DNA of 64,000 bases, from NCBI GenBank assembly GCA_964658305.1, contig OZ210885.1:12400001-12464000 (forward strand). Direction: 5' to 3'. The translations under genes were made by a program, and so were the position numbers. Under the pieces are notes generated by a model that saw only the letters and a list, made by a program, of their open reading frames with translations, was not told the DNA's origin and made no database searches. Origin of the DNA: Leptogorgia sarmentosa. Taxonomy: Eukaryota. This document shows, piece after piece, positions 36,700-48,657 of the stretch (the first letter of the stretch is position 1; each line of letters opens with the position of its first letter).

Positions 36700-36978
36700 A
36701 CTGTAGATGGTAAAAGCAATCTGATTGGCTAAGAGCTTAGAGTTAAATCGCGCAATCACGCAACCCACAGGAAATCCAGTTATCTGCTAGCAGATAACTA
36801 ATTATGTACAAAATGAGCCTATGTTTTGATAAATGAAGTTTTTCATGCATTAATACTTTGTTTGTTATTCTTCAAATGTATAAAATAATTTTTGAATTCG
36901 GTTTCGGCTCGGCTGATAACGCTTACCTCGACCTTGATAATTCCGCATATCACAAAAACCTCATCCAATAATTGTTAA
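36700..36978 (-). mobile_element. Partial hairpin repeat (Crypton-like)
   Basis: ctgattggct motif plus ggctgataacgcttacctcgaccttgataattccgcatatcacaaaaacctcatccaataattg arm. Confidence 0.5.
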
Positions 36979-38469
36979 TCACTGCATTCGCTTTTTATCG
37001 ATCACAATTTATTAGAAAGCCCACGTGTACAACACAAAAGATTCTCATGAATATTTCTGTCGATTTCTATGCAGTATTTATCAAAATATTTTGCTTCAGT
37101 CTTTTCTGTTTTTGACCGGCACGAGTCCTGGATCTTAAGAAATGTTTCACTCAACTAAATATATAATATACACGTTCTATTTTTAGGTTGAGATTGAATG
37201 CAAGCGTCTCGCGGCTAAACTTGTTCAGCTGCAGGGGGAAAATGAGGTACGAATTACAATTTTTAAGTTCTGGTCAAACAGAACGATGGCAGAATTTGAC
37301 AGGAGAAAGTAAAATAATTAAGGCAATGCATGTGTTTCACGCAAATTATGCGTGATTTGATACGATACTTTGTTTTAGAATCACTATGTTGTGCAATCTT
37401 CATGTAGCACGTTTGTATGTCCTGCCATTTTAGCGTCTGAAAGAAGACATTTTCTGAGAGAGAGAAACGAGCAACAAGTATTAAGAGGCAGATCATCACT
37501 GCTTGATGGCTCAGATAATGGTAGATTGCTCATGGCGGGTTTACCGCCTGAGGCAAGGTTAGTTCAGTAAACAAAGATTTCGGAAAAATGTCCCTTCTGA
37601 TCGGTACGATAAAAGGCACGCTAAAGTGTTTTTCCTTATTTCAAAGAACTATCGTCGAAGGTGAAGAATCTGAGCAGGTAAATATATAATATAATTTCAA
37701 GCATTGATTACTGCCTGATAGTTATGAGCTTCCTTTACAAGTAAAGCGTGTCGGCACTGACACATTTGTACATGTTTGGACTGCCCGCGGACCCGCGGTG
37801 TCATTGTGATCATGGAATATTTAATTAGCTGAATAATTAACTGAAGGAATTAGTATTTGCGTTATTCGCTTATTCCCTATAGCAGTAAACCATTACATAC
37901 ATGCAAGATCGTGTATTAGGGACAGATAAGTTGCGTTAATGTTGCGTGTGTCAAAATACGTCAAAATGAAATCGGGCCATTTGCTTTGTTCCAGGACCAG
38001 TTCCTGGTCCAATAGTACAATCGTACTTGTTAAGGCGGTAACGCCTGCATTGCATCGTCATTAAAATCACGCGATGAATCTCATACACTCGCAAAAATTG
38101 ATCTTTCGTTGATTTAAATTATTTGCGTCTCAACAGGTGAACGATGTGGATGATCGGAATGATGATGGGAATATGTAAGTAAAATTTTTATTGATGATGC
38201 GTTGATTTTTTTTTCAAAAAAAAACTGTGTCTCCCTGTATTTCTGCCAGGTTAATGGTGATAATACCAGATGTAGTACTTACTACATGACAGGGATAATA
38301 GCGACCTTAAGCATGTAGGACATGCAAGAACGTGACGAAAACGATAAACGTTTGCGAGGGGTGGGCTGGGGAGGTTGTTGTGGCGTTGTACCGGGTGGCG
38401 CAGAAAAAAGTTTAATTTCCGTGTAAACAAGTTGTTAATAGATTAAATGAGGTTAAAGACAAACTGTCG

Positions 38470-39610
38470 TTGAAAACGAAAACTTTCGAGTCTTGGAAAG
38501 AAAACAATGTATTTCTAAGAATAGATTATACTAAGACTACTTTGACGTGCGATGTTTGGGTCAAATGGAAGTCAAAAGTATCTGCATCAAATGCGTTTAT
38601 TACTGGATCAAAAAAATTGAAATCTTCTGCTGTTAATGCACATGCTAAGAGCAAGTTGCATAAACATGCTCTACAATTAGAGGAAGAAGAACAAGCGAGG
38701 GCGGAGAATAGGAGAGCTCGTGTAGTTCAAGAAAAACCACCAAGTGACTCTGGTATCCTCCAAGCAATCAACAATTTGGCTCGGTTAAGCGAAGACGAAA
38801 AATGTGCGCTGAAGAAACTCTTTGATATTGCATATTTAATTGCTATCAAGGCACGCCCATATTCTGATTTCACTGAGTTGATGGAGCTTGAAAAGTTGCA
38901 TGGAGTTGAGTTTCTTCAGTCATGTGCATACGAGAATGCGTGCGCTACACGAAATATTGAAAGATGTCTATGAATTCGAAAATGAAGAAGTGAAGCCAAC
39001 TAAATCAACTGCAACTCGTTGGATAGATCACAAACTGCGTGCAATGAGACTCTTTATTGACAAAAGAGGGCTTTATTTATCACACATTCAAAATGTCATT
39101 GCGGACACAACGAAGAAAAATGACAAGGCTAAGCTCGAAGGAATTAGAAGACAAATTGCACACGGTTCAGTGCTACTAAAATGTGCCATGTACGTGGATT
39201 TTCTTGAGCCTGCTCGACAGTTATCTTGCAAAGAAACAAGAGAAGCTGATGAAATTGCCCATTCAGCTGCAAAGATCTTAAATTCTAAGGTATGGATGCC
39301 CATGAAAGAGCCAAGACTTAGTGCTGAAAGTCTCAAGATCCAGTTGGAAGATCTTTAACAATTTTGCGTCCATTCCTCCTGGCCACGTATGAAGAACCTC
39401 AAAGAAGATGGGGCCAAGGACCCATTTCTACTCATTGAACTATGCTTAACCTGTCCATATGGAAATTCACTGTGTGAATCGTTTAATTCATACTTGGGTG
39501 TGGCGAAAAAGGACTGGCGTAATAGGCAAATCTGACTGATTTGTTGCGCATCAAAGTGACTGGTCCCTATCTTAAAGAGTTCAATGAAGAATTCTGTGAT
39601 GCAGCAATTA
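38470..39610 (+). pseudogene. ZNF862-like hAT transposase fragments, internally deleted
   Basis: HAKSKLH; KLFDIAYLIAIKARPYSDF..ELEKLHG; TRWIDHKLRAM; C-terminal CES(F)..KKDWRN-like segment. Confidence 0.7.
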
Positions 39611-40444
39611 TTGCATCGTCATTAAAATCACGCGGTAAATCTTATACACTCGCAAAAATTGATCTTTCGTTGATTTAAATTATTTGCGTCTCAACAGGTG
39701 AACGATGTGGATGTGGTTGTGTATCGGAGAAATGGCGGCCACGTTGAATGATTGTAACCAACTAAAATAAATAAAATTCGAGCTATCTCTAATTTTAAAT
39801 TGTCCAATCATACTTACAAAAATTAACATTACTCGCTCATTTCCAACTCAAATCTAACAAACAAGCAGTCTTAAGAAAGCGGACTTATAGAGCTTTCTAA
39901 CGATGGTAAATATAGCCTATTTTCTATTTCTGTTCGTTATGAAAATTGAACGTACGCTCAGCTATAGTAAGATGGATTAGAGCCTTCCTCACGTTCGTAT
40001 CCGCTTAAGTATCCTAATGTAAGCTTAAACGAGATCCCAGTTTCGGAATAAAAACTACTAACTTTTAATACTGAAAAAACTGTGTGCATTTCAACAAGAA
40101 TACTATGTGTTACTCCTAATGTAACCTTAAACGAGATCCCAGTCTCGAAACAACTTATTAACTGTCAACTGAGTACGCTATGACCCACACTATGCGTGGC
40201 AAACGAGGATATAATTTCTCAATACACGGACAAAAGATAAGAGGAACTGAGACGTCAGGTTTCAGTCAAGCACCTCAACCTGACAACAGAAGCACGCAGC
40301 AAGGGTTGGAAATAAAGACCACCGCCTTAGCGTTACCCCCTAGAGGGCCCCGCAAACAGGCACGAACACGAAGAGTACTGCTTCCTAAATCAAGGCAAAA
40401 CGATGCACGAACGAATGACGAACACGTACGGAATTCACAACACT

Positions 40445-40596
40445 TCTTCAACTCTTCGATTCTTCAACTCTTCGATTCTTCAACTCTTCGATTCTTCAAC
40501 TCTTCGATTCTTCAACTCTTCGATTCTTCAACTCTTCGATTCTTCGAGTCTTATTGTCTTCGATTCTTCGAGTCCTATTGTCTTCGATTCTTCAAG
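40445..40596. repeat. 16-bp minisatellite (TTCTTCAACTCTTCGA)n, decaying at the right end
   Basis: About 6 perfect copies plus variants; explains the repetitive ORFs 40180 and 40403. Confidence 0.9.
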
Positions 40597-41828
40597 TCTT
40601 CGCCCGGAGGCGATTGACTTGCTATTTCGAGCCATATTTTAACAGAGAAAAGCGACCTTAAGATTACGGGACGTGGCCGCCCGAAAGGTAATATTCAATT
40701 TTCAGTTTATAGCGCATGCGTGATTTCACGTCGTCAAAGTTTTTATCACTAGCTTTGTTCTTTCATGGAATGGCTCAATCAACTAAAACCATACATCGCT
40801 TCACAGATGATACAACAAAAGAGTAGTTTTATAACAATCTTATTGTCTTTATTTTTTAAAACGTTTTTTAGTGATAATCTTAATGCGAAGAATTTAGCGC
40901 TCGGCATTTGAACAAACATCGCTGGTTGAAACCAACGTGGTTGTTTTATTTCCAGGGAGGCGACGTTGCCGGCGAACTTTCTCTTCCCCGCTTTTATCAT
41001 GCGCTCGCTCACCTAGCTGCCCGGTAGCACTCTTTCACGACCGGTGCGTGAGTGCGGAAATGGTAGCCAGCAGTCACACATAGAGATCAGAAGGAGACTC
41101 GGACTGCGCTTCGGTTTGTTGTGTCAAAAGGGAGACGCAAAGGTGTCATGTTCGTTTGAGAAATGTTTGGCATGTTCATTCAGACAATGTGTATTAACTA
41201 GCAGTTTGTATGTATGTATGCAGTTGTCAGCCAATACAGTGTCCCGAAAAATGTTAATTAGATCCAACTTTATTTCATTTTACTTCTCTTATTTATAATC
41301 CCTGTCGCTTTGCATTATCTTTTGCTTAGTTAGATAAATATAGTGCCAAGTTTGACAGCTCACAGATGCAGGGACTTCGGCCCTTGCTACTTGCTGATTA
41401 TCTATCGACACATTTGCGTTTTGTTTTTATGTCCATTGACATAATACTGTTTTACCTACAATGTATAATATTACGATACGTAATTATAGTCCGACTTCGT
41501 ATCATTATATCACGTGAAAGATATATTTCAGAAGCTTTTCAAAAACTGGCCAATATTATATTACTGAATTAGTCTATCTTCGTATCATGAAAAAATCTTC
41601 CCAGGTTTTTAGAAGTGGTGAAATATATATCCCGTATACGAAATACACTGTTCAATTATTGACCACGTATTAATTAATGTCGAAATCTATCTTATTATCT
41701 TTTAGTTTTTAGTAATTAGTTTTTATTAATTAATAAAATTCGCTGCATTCCAAAATATTCAAAAATAGGCTCTGGCGAAACTTGCACGTTTCTCTTCACA
41801 TGTCACAAATAATCCACAAATTGTGACT

Positions 41829-41901
41829 ACCATGGTGTGGTTCTCTGGTTTGAATCCAGCGTTTTTACCGCCTTGCCCTGGTTCGATTCCCGGCGTGGGA
41901 A
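41829..41901 (+). pseudogene. tRNA-Glu pseudogene
   Basis: T arm and 3' end ggttcgattcccggcgtgggaa intact; 5' half degenerate. Confidence 0.6.
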
Positions 41902-42183
41902 TAATACTTGCGAGAGAAGGAAAAAAATATGCAATTCGAAAAATTAGCAAAACCATTGCTATTATACTAGCTCTATCCCTCTTACACATTCTTTTGGTGT
42001 TTTCTGTATTTAAGTCTTTGTTGACATGATCTTGCTTTTCCACAAAAAATTTATTTTGCTGATCATGTTTAAAGTGTCAAAATTTCCTAGAACTTACTCT
42101 GATTTATTATTTGAAGGTGTTTGGTGAAAATGTTCGGCATCTTGTGGAATATGAACATTATAACGAAGGAGTTGGGCAACATT

Positions 42184-42254
42184 GCGTTGGTGGTTCAGTG
42201 GTAGAATTCTCGCCTGCCACGCGGGAGACCGGGGTTCGATTCCCCGCTAGCGCA
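42184..42254 (+). tRNA. tRNA-Gly(GCC)
   Basis: Full cloverleaf; anticodon arm ctcgc-ct-GCC-ac-gcggg. Confidence 0.9.
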
Positions 42255-42339
42255 GATTATTTTCATTTTGTTGCATTTCAACTGCAACACAGGAAACAAA
42301 CTGGCTTTGTAAACACAGGAATAGTCAATAAGTTATCAC

Positions 42340-42402
42340 TCCCATGTGGTCTAGTAGTTAGGATCTGGCGTTTTCACCGCCATAGCCCGGGTTCCATTCC
42401 TG
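42340..42402 (+). pseudogene. tRNA-Glu(TTC), 3' truncated
   Basis: tggcg-tt-TTC-ac-cgcca; 3' acceptor strand missing. Confidence 0.75.
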
Positions 42403-42492
42403 ATTCGATTTTTTCAAAAATTTCAATTTGAAGCAGCTTTGTTCACATTTTCAAATTCGTTCTCTGAAACCAAACCATTTTAACAACGCCAC

Positions 42493-42560
42493 GACCTTGT
42501 GACGCAATTGGTAGCGCGTCTGACTCCTGATCAGAAGGTTAAGTGTTGAATTCAAGGTGA
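42493..42560 (+). pseudogene. tRNA-Trp-derived pseudogene with CCT anticodon
   Basis: tctga-ct-CCT-ga-tcaga; T arm carries a deletion. Confidence 0.7.
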
Positions 42561-42900
42561 AGCACTTGCGGCCACGCTAACTGGAGGTAATTTTTGCTTT
42601 GCATAGCCCGGCCGCTATGTTTGTTTTGTTTTGATGCAAACTGTAGCTTGAGCTCTAATTTGATTGGTTCAAAGTAATAACATAAAATTGCACTGTGATT
42701 TGGGATTAACTGCACAGAAATGAGCCAACCACTGTCGAGTAGCACTTTTATTTATATTATCAAGAAAGGAACACCCAAAAGAATCCATTTTATTCCCAAG
42801 TAACCTTGGGCCTACGTCCCACGCGGTCACCTGAGAGTGTACGTCAGTTGTAGATGTGAATGTTTAGTTCAACAACGCGAAACCGGTTGGTTGTAGCAAC

Positions 42901-42982
42901 GTAGTCGTGGCCAAGCGGTTAAGGCGACAGACTAGAAATCTTTTGGGAGTTTCCCGCGCAGGTTCAAATCCTGTCGACTACG
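42901..42982 (+). tRNA. tRNA-Ser(AGA), with mismatches
   Basis: 82-nt type II fold; ct-AGA-aa loop. Confidence 0.75.
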
Positions 42983-43288
42983 TTATGCAAAGTCTTCAAC
43001 ATTTTGGCCTCGAATGTAAAGATGATTTTTTTGGGGAAAAAAACTCGAAGAGAGTAGTAAGTTCTGTTCTCCGTGGTGGTGGCTGAGTGTCTAAAGTGAC
43101 AGATTCAATGTACAAGTTTTCCATCTACAAAATCAACGGAAAGAAGTCGCGTCATTTATTGTATTAAAGTTATGAATCATGGCAAGAAAAATTTGTATTT
43201 GAATGTAAAATTGAAAAAACAGAAGTCCGGGAATTGATTATAGCTCAGTTGAAAGTATATGTACGTAATTAACCTAGCAGAGTACACA

Positions 43289-43360
43289 GGGAGTGTAGCT
43301 CAGTGGTAGAGCATTCGACTGCAGATCGAGAGGTCTGTGGTTCAAATCCGCCCGCTCCTT
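43289..43360 (+). tRNA. tRNA-Cys(GCA)
   Basis: ttcga-ct-GCA-ga-tcgag; one T-stem mismatch. Confidence 0.8.
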
Positions 43361-43709
43361 CAAATGAATGAATGAAAATGCGACCCAAACGGTTGAGATG
43401 CAAATCCTAAAGATGTGTTTAATCTATCAACAATACTTGAAAACGATTACTAAAATATTTTGTTGGATTTTACTGGCAAATTTCCAGAATGTATTTGGCA
43501 AAATGTTGGTGTTATAGCATGCAATAAGGAGAAAAAAGAGAAAAGTTATAAAAGGAAGTTGTCTGAGAAACTTTTTTAAAGCAAAGTTTTCAACTTCTAA
43601 CTGGAGTCCGAAGGACGTCGAAAACTGTTGAAAACTCACGAGTGTATTTTATTAAATAGTAATATCCATTGTTTTTATATTTCTTTTCGGAAGGTTTTCA
43701 ACGGAGTCA

Positions 43710-43718
43710 GTCTCTGTA

Positions 43719-43759
<41 letters not shown>

Positions 43760-43783
43760 TTGGTTCGAGTCCAACCAGGGACG
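43710..43783 (+). tRNA. tRNA-Asn(GTT)
   Basis: ttcgg-ct-GTT-aa-ccgaa; full cloverleaf. Confidence 0.9.
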
Positions 43784-43802
43784 TGTTTGGTGTGATGTTA
43801 TT

Positions 43803-44705
43803 AGAGAGTTCGGCAACGCGACGGGAGGTAGCGACTGCGACGACTAAGACCGAGCTGGGACTAGGGAGAGAATGCGTTTCGAGAAACCTCGCCGTCGCGC
43901 CGGAAGTCTGTTTGGCGGCAAAATTTAAAACCTAACAAAATCAAATTGGATGTCACTTGAGATTTACTGCAAAACAATTCAATCGTGGAATTCAATACAG
44001 GAAATTAGTTTATTGAAATGCTTTTTGCATGAAAAACCTCACCTTTGCTTCTTTGCATGGATCAGCCATACAGGATAAAAACGCAGAATCAACTAGACGT
44101 TGCCAAGACAACGTTAAATTGTGCAAAATAGCATGGTCCGGAGAACGCCAACGTCTTGACGCCGTATGTTTGCAAATTATTTATGATAATTATTTTAAAT
44201 TATGCGATAATCAGGTCATATCGCGTCGCCGTCGCAAATTTTTTTTCCGTAGACAGTCGGACCCCTCCGAGATGGTCGGACTCCTCCTTTATTAGCGTCC
44301 AGACTCTTTCCCGTGATCAATTGACAATACTACACTTACCCAAACGGTAGTTCTGACCCTAACCTTGAATATAAATAAAATTTTGAAAGAAAATTTTAAG
44401 TACGGCTTTATTTCAAAAATAAATCGCTCGAATATCTTTGGCAGAATGAAAAAAAAATGACGAAAAAAATGACGCCCTGATGGGGATCGAACCCAGTCAC
44501 GCAGCACGGGGCTCCGCATGCTTACCACTACATCAACCGCTCAAGCTGCCAGGTCTTACATTCAAAATCCTTATAATGCTTATTCCTAATGCTATTGTTA
44601 ATATGAAAATGATGATGAGTCCGACCATCTCGGAGGGATCCGACTGTCTACGGAAAAAAAACTAGCGTCGCCGTCGCCACCTCCCGTCCCGTTGCCAATC
44701 TCTCT
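43803..44705. mobile_element. Non-autonomous PIF/Harbinger-like element
   Basis: TIR AGAGAGTTCGGCAACGCGACGGGAGGT / ACCTCCCGTCCCGTTGCCAATCTCTCT; 3-bp TSD ATT; empty site visible in the paralogous spacer at ~54180. Confidence 0.85.
44236..44664 (-). mobile_element. Nested TIR element with an internal tRNA-like cassette
   Basis: ~37-bp TIR CCGTAGACAGTCGGA(C/T)CCCTCCGAGATGGTCGGACTC inside T/A runs; flanking duplication gcgtcgccgtcgc. Confidence 0.75.
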
Positions 44706-44962
44706 ATTGAGACGTCGTGATGGTAAATGTAACCGCGAGAATCATACCACTAGACCAGCAAGCCATTGATGGTGTCAAATTGTTCTCTAATGTACTTTGC
44801 ACAGACGAAGAAAAATATGGGATTAATGTAATATCTCAGGCGTTGCAACTCGATGAGAGGAGATTCTGTTCTCGACGGAAAGATGACACATGCGGTGAGT
44901 TTGTATTTAAATGCAAAATTGACAAAACAGAGGCAATGAATTAAAAATTGATACTTTTTAAT

Positions 44963-45309
44963 TTTTTTCCGTAGACAGTCGGTAGCATTCTTGATGGTCG
45001 GTATCATCATTTAGATGTGACCGGCAGTGACAAAGTCGCAGCCTAATATAAGCTGTTAGCGCTTTCGGTAAGGAGCGCAGCATATAACAAACCGAAGCGC
45101 AGTGGGGCTGGAATTTCTCTTAGCCGGAAGAATTGTTTATTCTTTTAAAAACGTTTTTTAAATGAAGACATTTTTCATGGCTTCATAGTGTTTAGGGTTA
45201 GACTGTTATAAGGTTAGGGTCAGGTTTACCGTTTGGGTTTGGTTTATTTCGTAAAAATAAATGGACTTTAACTACAGTCGAAAATTTCCCGAATACAAAG
45301 TCGACTACA
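44963..45309 (+). mobile_element. Related TIR element (one clear terminus)
   Basis: ttttttccgtagacagtcgg start; ggttagggtcagg..taccgtttg motif. Confidence 0.55.
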
Positions 45310-45310
45310 C

Positions 45311-45362
45311 AGGGAGTGTGGCTCAGTGGTGGAGCATTCGACTGCAGATCGAGAGGTCGGTG
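45311..45362 (+). pseudogene. tRNA-Cys(GCA), T arm deleted
   Basis: 5' two-thirds only. Confidence 0.75.
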
Positions 45363-45434
45363 TTGTTACACCAATAAACTGGAAATCTTCAAAATTCTTG
45401 ATTTATTCATTTCGAAATACAAGGCAATGGCAAC

Positions 45435-45516
45435 GTAGTCGTGGCCGAGTGGTTAAGGCGACAGATTTGAAATCTGTTGGGAAATTCCCGCGCAGGTTCA
45501 AATCCTGCCGACTACG
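45435..45516 (+). tRNA. tRNA-Ser(TGA)
   Basis: acaga-tt-TGA-aa-tctgt. Confidence 0.88.
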
Positions 45517-45760
45517 ATCGCACCTCTAGCTTTCAAATATCACTCCGTACGGCGCAGTCTTTCTATTTTGTATCAACATCAATATTTCCCCTGATAAATT
45601 TTAGTCTAGGTTTGCTCATTCCATGATTTCTAAGCACCCGATCTTTTCATAACCTTGCCAGCGTATGAAGCATACAATTCAACGCATACATATTAATGAT
45701 TGTACTATTGAAGAAGGAAATATTCTGGACGTTTGTCCTTCTTGTAAACACGTATCCATA

Positions 45761-46011
45761 GGCCTGATTCCACGGGCGATATTTCTTGGCGAAATTCGAG
45801 AATTTTCGCGCGAAATAATTGTACGCATGCGTCATAAAGGCAAGTAAGATTTCTCGAGAAAAAATTTCGCTTCGCCAGTGAGTAGAAGTCAGTTCTACTC
45901 ACTGCGAAAGCGAAAAATGTGGGAGAATTCAATAGAATCGTTAATGTGCAACCATCCGCATTTCGCGGACACAATTTCTCGCGAAAGATTTCGCCGTCGT
46001 GGAATCAGGCG
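45761..46011. mobile_element. MITE with GGCCTGATTCCAC termini
   Basis: ggcctgattccacg ... cgtggaatcaggc. Confidence 0.65.
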
Positions 46012-46197
46012 TTAAGAATAACTAGGAAATATTTGATTTGAATTGCTTGCCATAGACCTCTTTTTGCTGCTGTCAAATAATTAACATAGAATTATTAGAA
46101 TCTGACCGATGCTCGAGCTACTTTTGTCACGGTCTAGATCCGCGCCTGAGACGTCAATGTTAAGTTGAGTAATGCGAAACCTCTTGGTTGTTGCAAC

Positions 46198-46279
46198 GTA
46201 GTCGTGGCCGAGCGGTTAAGGCGACAAACTCGAAATCTGTTGGGAATTTCCCGCGCAGGTTCAAATCCTGCCGACTACG
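46198..46279 (+). tRNA. tRNA-Ser(CGA)
   Basis: ct-CGA-aa; one anticodon-stem mismatch. Confidence 0.78.
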
Positions 46280-46561
46280 TTATGCAAATTTTCAATATTT
46301 TCGTCTCGAATATAAACACGATTATTTTGGGGAAAAAAACTCGATGACAGGAAATTCTGTTCTCGGTGAAGGTGGTTGAATGTTTAAATTCCGTCAACAA
46401 AATCAACGGAATGAAGTCGCGTTTTTTATAATTGTATCAAGTTTATGAAACATGCCAAGAAAGATTTTGTATTGGAATATAAAATTGAAGAAAAGAGGTC
46501 CGTGAATTGATTATAGCTGCGTTTGAAAGTATATGTACGTAATTAACCAGGAGAGTACACA

Positions 46562-46633
46562 GGGAGTGTAGCTCAGTGGTAGAGCATTCGACTGCAGATC
46601 GAGAGGTCGGTGGTTCAAATCCGCCCGCTCCTT
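46562..46633 (+). tRNA. tRNA-Cys(GCA)
   Basis: Full cloverleaf. Confidence 0.9.
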
Positions 46634-46794
46634 CTTTAAAGAAAAAGATAAAAGCTATATTTTCGACCCGAAGACAATTTTTGCTTTGTTAGACGCTGCT
46701 GGGATGTTTGTTTTGTTTTGAAGCAATCTGTGGCTTTAGCTCTAATTTGATTTGTTCAAAGTGACAACATAAAATTCCATTGTCATTACAGAAA

Positions 46795-47058
46795 ATTGCA
46801 CTGTGACAAGAGAGAAATGCACTGTGATTACACAAGATTGCACTGTGATTACACAAGATTGCACTGTGACAAGAGAGAAATGCACTGTGATTACACAAGA
46901 TTGCACTGTGACAAGAGAGAAATGCACTGTGATTACACAAGATTGCACTGTGACAAGAGAGAAATGCACTGTGATTACACAAGATTGCACTGTGACAAGA
47001 GAGAAATGCACTGTGATTACACAAGATTGCACTTGTGATTACAGAACATTGCACTGTG
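46795..47058. repeat. 21-bp minisatellite with two alternating variants (42-bp higher-order unit)
   Basis: gcactgtgattacacaagatt / gcactgtgacaagagagaaat. Confidence 0.92.
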
Positions 47059-47300
47059 ATTTGAGATTAAATGCACTGACGTAAACCAATCACAGTCGAG
47101 TAATGCTTTTATGTATATTATTAAGAAATAATCACCCAAAGAAGCCATTTTATTCGCAAGCTACCTTGGGCCCCGGCCCCACGCGGTCACCTCCCTCACT
47201 AGTCTACTTGATATTATTCACAGTATAGCGCTGAGAGTGTAGGTCAGTTGTAGATGTCAATGTTTAGTTGAATAACGCGAAACCTGCTGGTTGTAGCAAC

Positions 47301-47382
47301 GTAGTCGTGGCCGAGCGGTTAAGGCGACAGACTCGAAATGTGTTGGGAGTTTCCCGCGCAGGTTCAAATCCTGCCGACTACG
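47301..47382 (+). tRNA. tRNA-Ser(CGA)
   Basis: ct-CGA-aa; one stem mismatch. Confidence 0.78.
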
Positions 47383-47502
47383 TTATACCAAGTCTTCAAA
47401 ATATTGGTGTGGAATGTGAACAGTGAATTGATTATTGAGAAATATTGGATTAATGTAATATCTCAGCCGTTCCAAAACGTTTTCCAATCTTCCAGCGCCG
47501 TC

Positions 47503-47574
47503 GCCGTGATCGTATAGTGGTTAGTACATTGCGTTGTGGTCGCAATAACCCAGGTTCGAATCCTGGTCACGGCA
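47503..47574 (+). tRNA. tRNA-His(GTG)
   Basis: ttgcg-tt-GTG-gt-cgcaa; T-run terminator follows. Confidence 0.92.
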
Positions 47575-47788
47575 TCTTTTTCAAACACGCTATACTTTTA
47601 CGTATATTATTAAGAAAGAAACACCCTAAAGCATCCATTTTATTCGCACGCAACCTTGGGCCCAGGCCCCACGCGATAACCTCTTATCACTATTCTATAT
47701 ATTACTGACAGTATAGCGCTGAGAGTGTAGGTCAGTTGTAAATGTCAATTTTTAGTTCAAAAACGCGAAACCCGTTTGTTGTAGTAAG

Positions 47789-47838
47789 GTAGTCGTGGCC
47801 GAGCGGTTAAGGCGACAGACTAGAAATCTGTTGGGAGT
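47789..47838 (+). pseudogene. tRNA-Ser(AGA), 3' truncated
   Basis: Stops in the variable arm. Confidence 0.75.
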
Positions 47839-48108
47839 ATGCAAAGTCATCAATACATGTTGTTGTATTAAGGTTATGAAACATGCCAAGAATGATTTTC
47901 TATCGCAATTGAAATTGAAAGGCAACGAAATGAAAATATTCTGGGTTAGAATTCTAGGAAACTGTTTTGGAAAAGCAAAATCATGACAACATAGGCTTAA
48001 ATACAGAAAACACCAACAGAATAGGTAAGAGGGATAGAGCTATTATAATAGGAATGGTTTTGCTAATGTCTCGAATTGCATAGTTTTTCCTTCTCTCACA
48101 AGTAATTA

Positions 48109-48180
48109 TTCCCATGCAGGGAATCAAACCCGGGCCTTGGCGGTGAGACCGCCAGATCCTGACCACTGGACTACATGGGA
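48109..48180 (-). tRNA. tRNA-Glu(CTC), variant or possible pseudogene
   Basis: CTC anticodon; T loop TTTGA and a T-stem mismatch. Confidence 0.6.
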
Positions 48181-48276
48181 GAAACATTTATCTTTTCTCG
48201 GAATGTGAAAATAACGATAATATTTTTAATTTGAATTTCGAAGAAAATTTCCAGAGACAGCGTGGCCAGAAGTGCT

Positions 48277-48349
48277 TGACCTTGAAGTGAATTGAACACT
48301 TAACCTTCTGATCTGGAGTCAGACGCGCTACCAATTGCGCCACAAGGGC
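48277..48349 (-). tRNA. tRNA-Trp(CCA)
   Basis: tctga-ct-CCA-ga-tcaga; one acceptor-stem mismatch. Confidence 0.78.
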
Positions 48350-48584
48350 GTAGCGCTGTTAAAATGGTTTGGTTTCAGAGAACGAGTTTAAGAATATAAA
48401 CACAAGCTGCTTCATTTATTGATTGCCACGCCCATAAAACATTTTGTCTATTTTTGCAACTGTTGAAAAAATCACTATCAAGTGGATAAAGTTGATATCC
48501 GAATTTCGTACAACTGGCCTCTGATTCTATCGGGAATTAATGCCGTAATAGGATTTATATTCTGAGTTTCAATGGGAAGAATTT

Positions 48585-48657
48585 GCCTCATTAGCTCAGT
48601 GGTTAGAGCACTGGTCTTGTAAACCAGGGGACCAGAGTTCAAATCTCTGAAGAGGCT
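48585..48657 (+). tRNA. tRNA-Thr(TGT)
   Basis: ctggt-ct-TGT-aa-accag. Confidence 0.82.

Larger units (their letters stand above)
33408..37676 (+). pseudogene. HOOK: Degenerate HOOK-family (Hook1/3-like) dynein adaptor gene, many short exons
   Basis: Collinear exons: EFITKIMKLADDVQEVIMDAIQE (33408-33475), EDISQRCHEQD (~33739), EQLKEENYALES (to 34407), DRDELRTRCDSYEKE, AQESRELRDEVHVLRHT (~34664), VDHLKTCVAENAQRGDK (36635), VEIECKRLAAKLVQLQGENE (37187), LMAGLPPEAR; frameshifts, a stop and a lost acceptor. Confidence 0.7.

Noticed and set aside
40180..40642. Repeat-containing proteins (FNSSILQLFDSSTLRF)n
   Set aside because: Translation of a 16-bp minisatellite that is open by chance.
45190..45245. 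Interstitial telomere (ttagggtta)
   Set aside because: Only isolated hexamers inside a repeat element; no tandem array.
45435..45516. Possible selenocysteine or opal-suppressor tRNA because of TGA
   Set aside because: TGA is the anticodon (reads UCA, Ser); a suppressor or Sec tRNA would need a TCA anticodon.
46689..47084. Cys/His-rich repeat proteins in four frames
   Set aside because: Stop-free 21-bp minisatellite with no splice or coding context.
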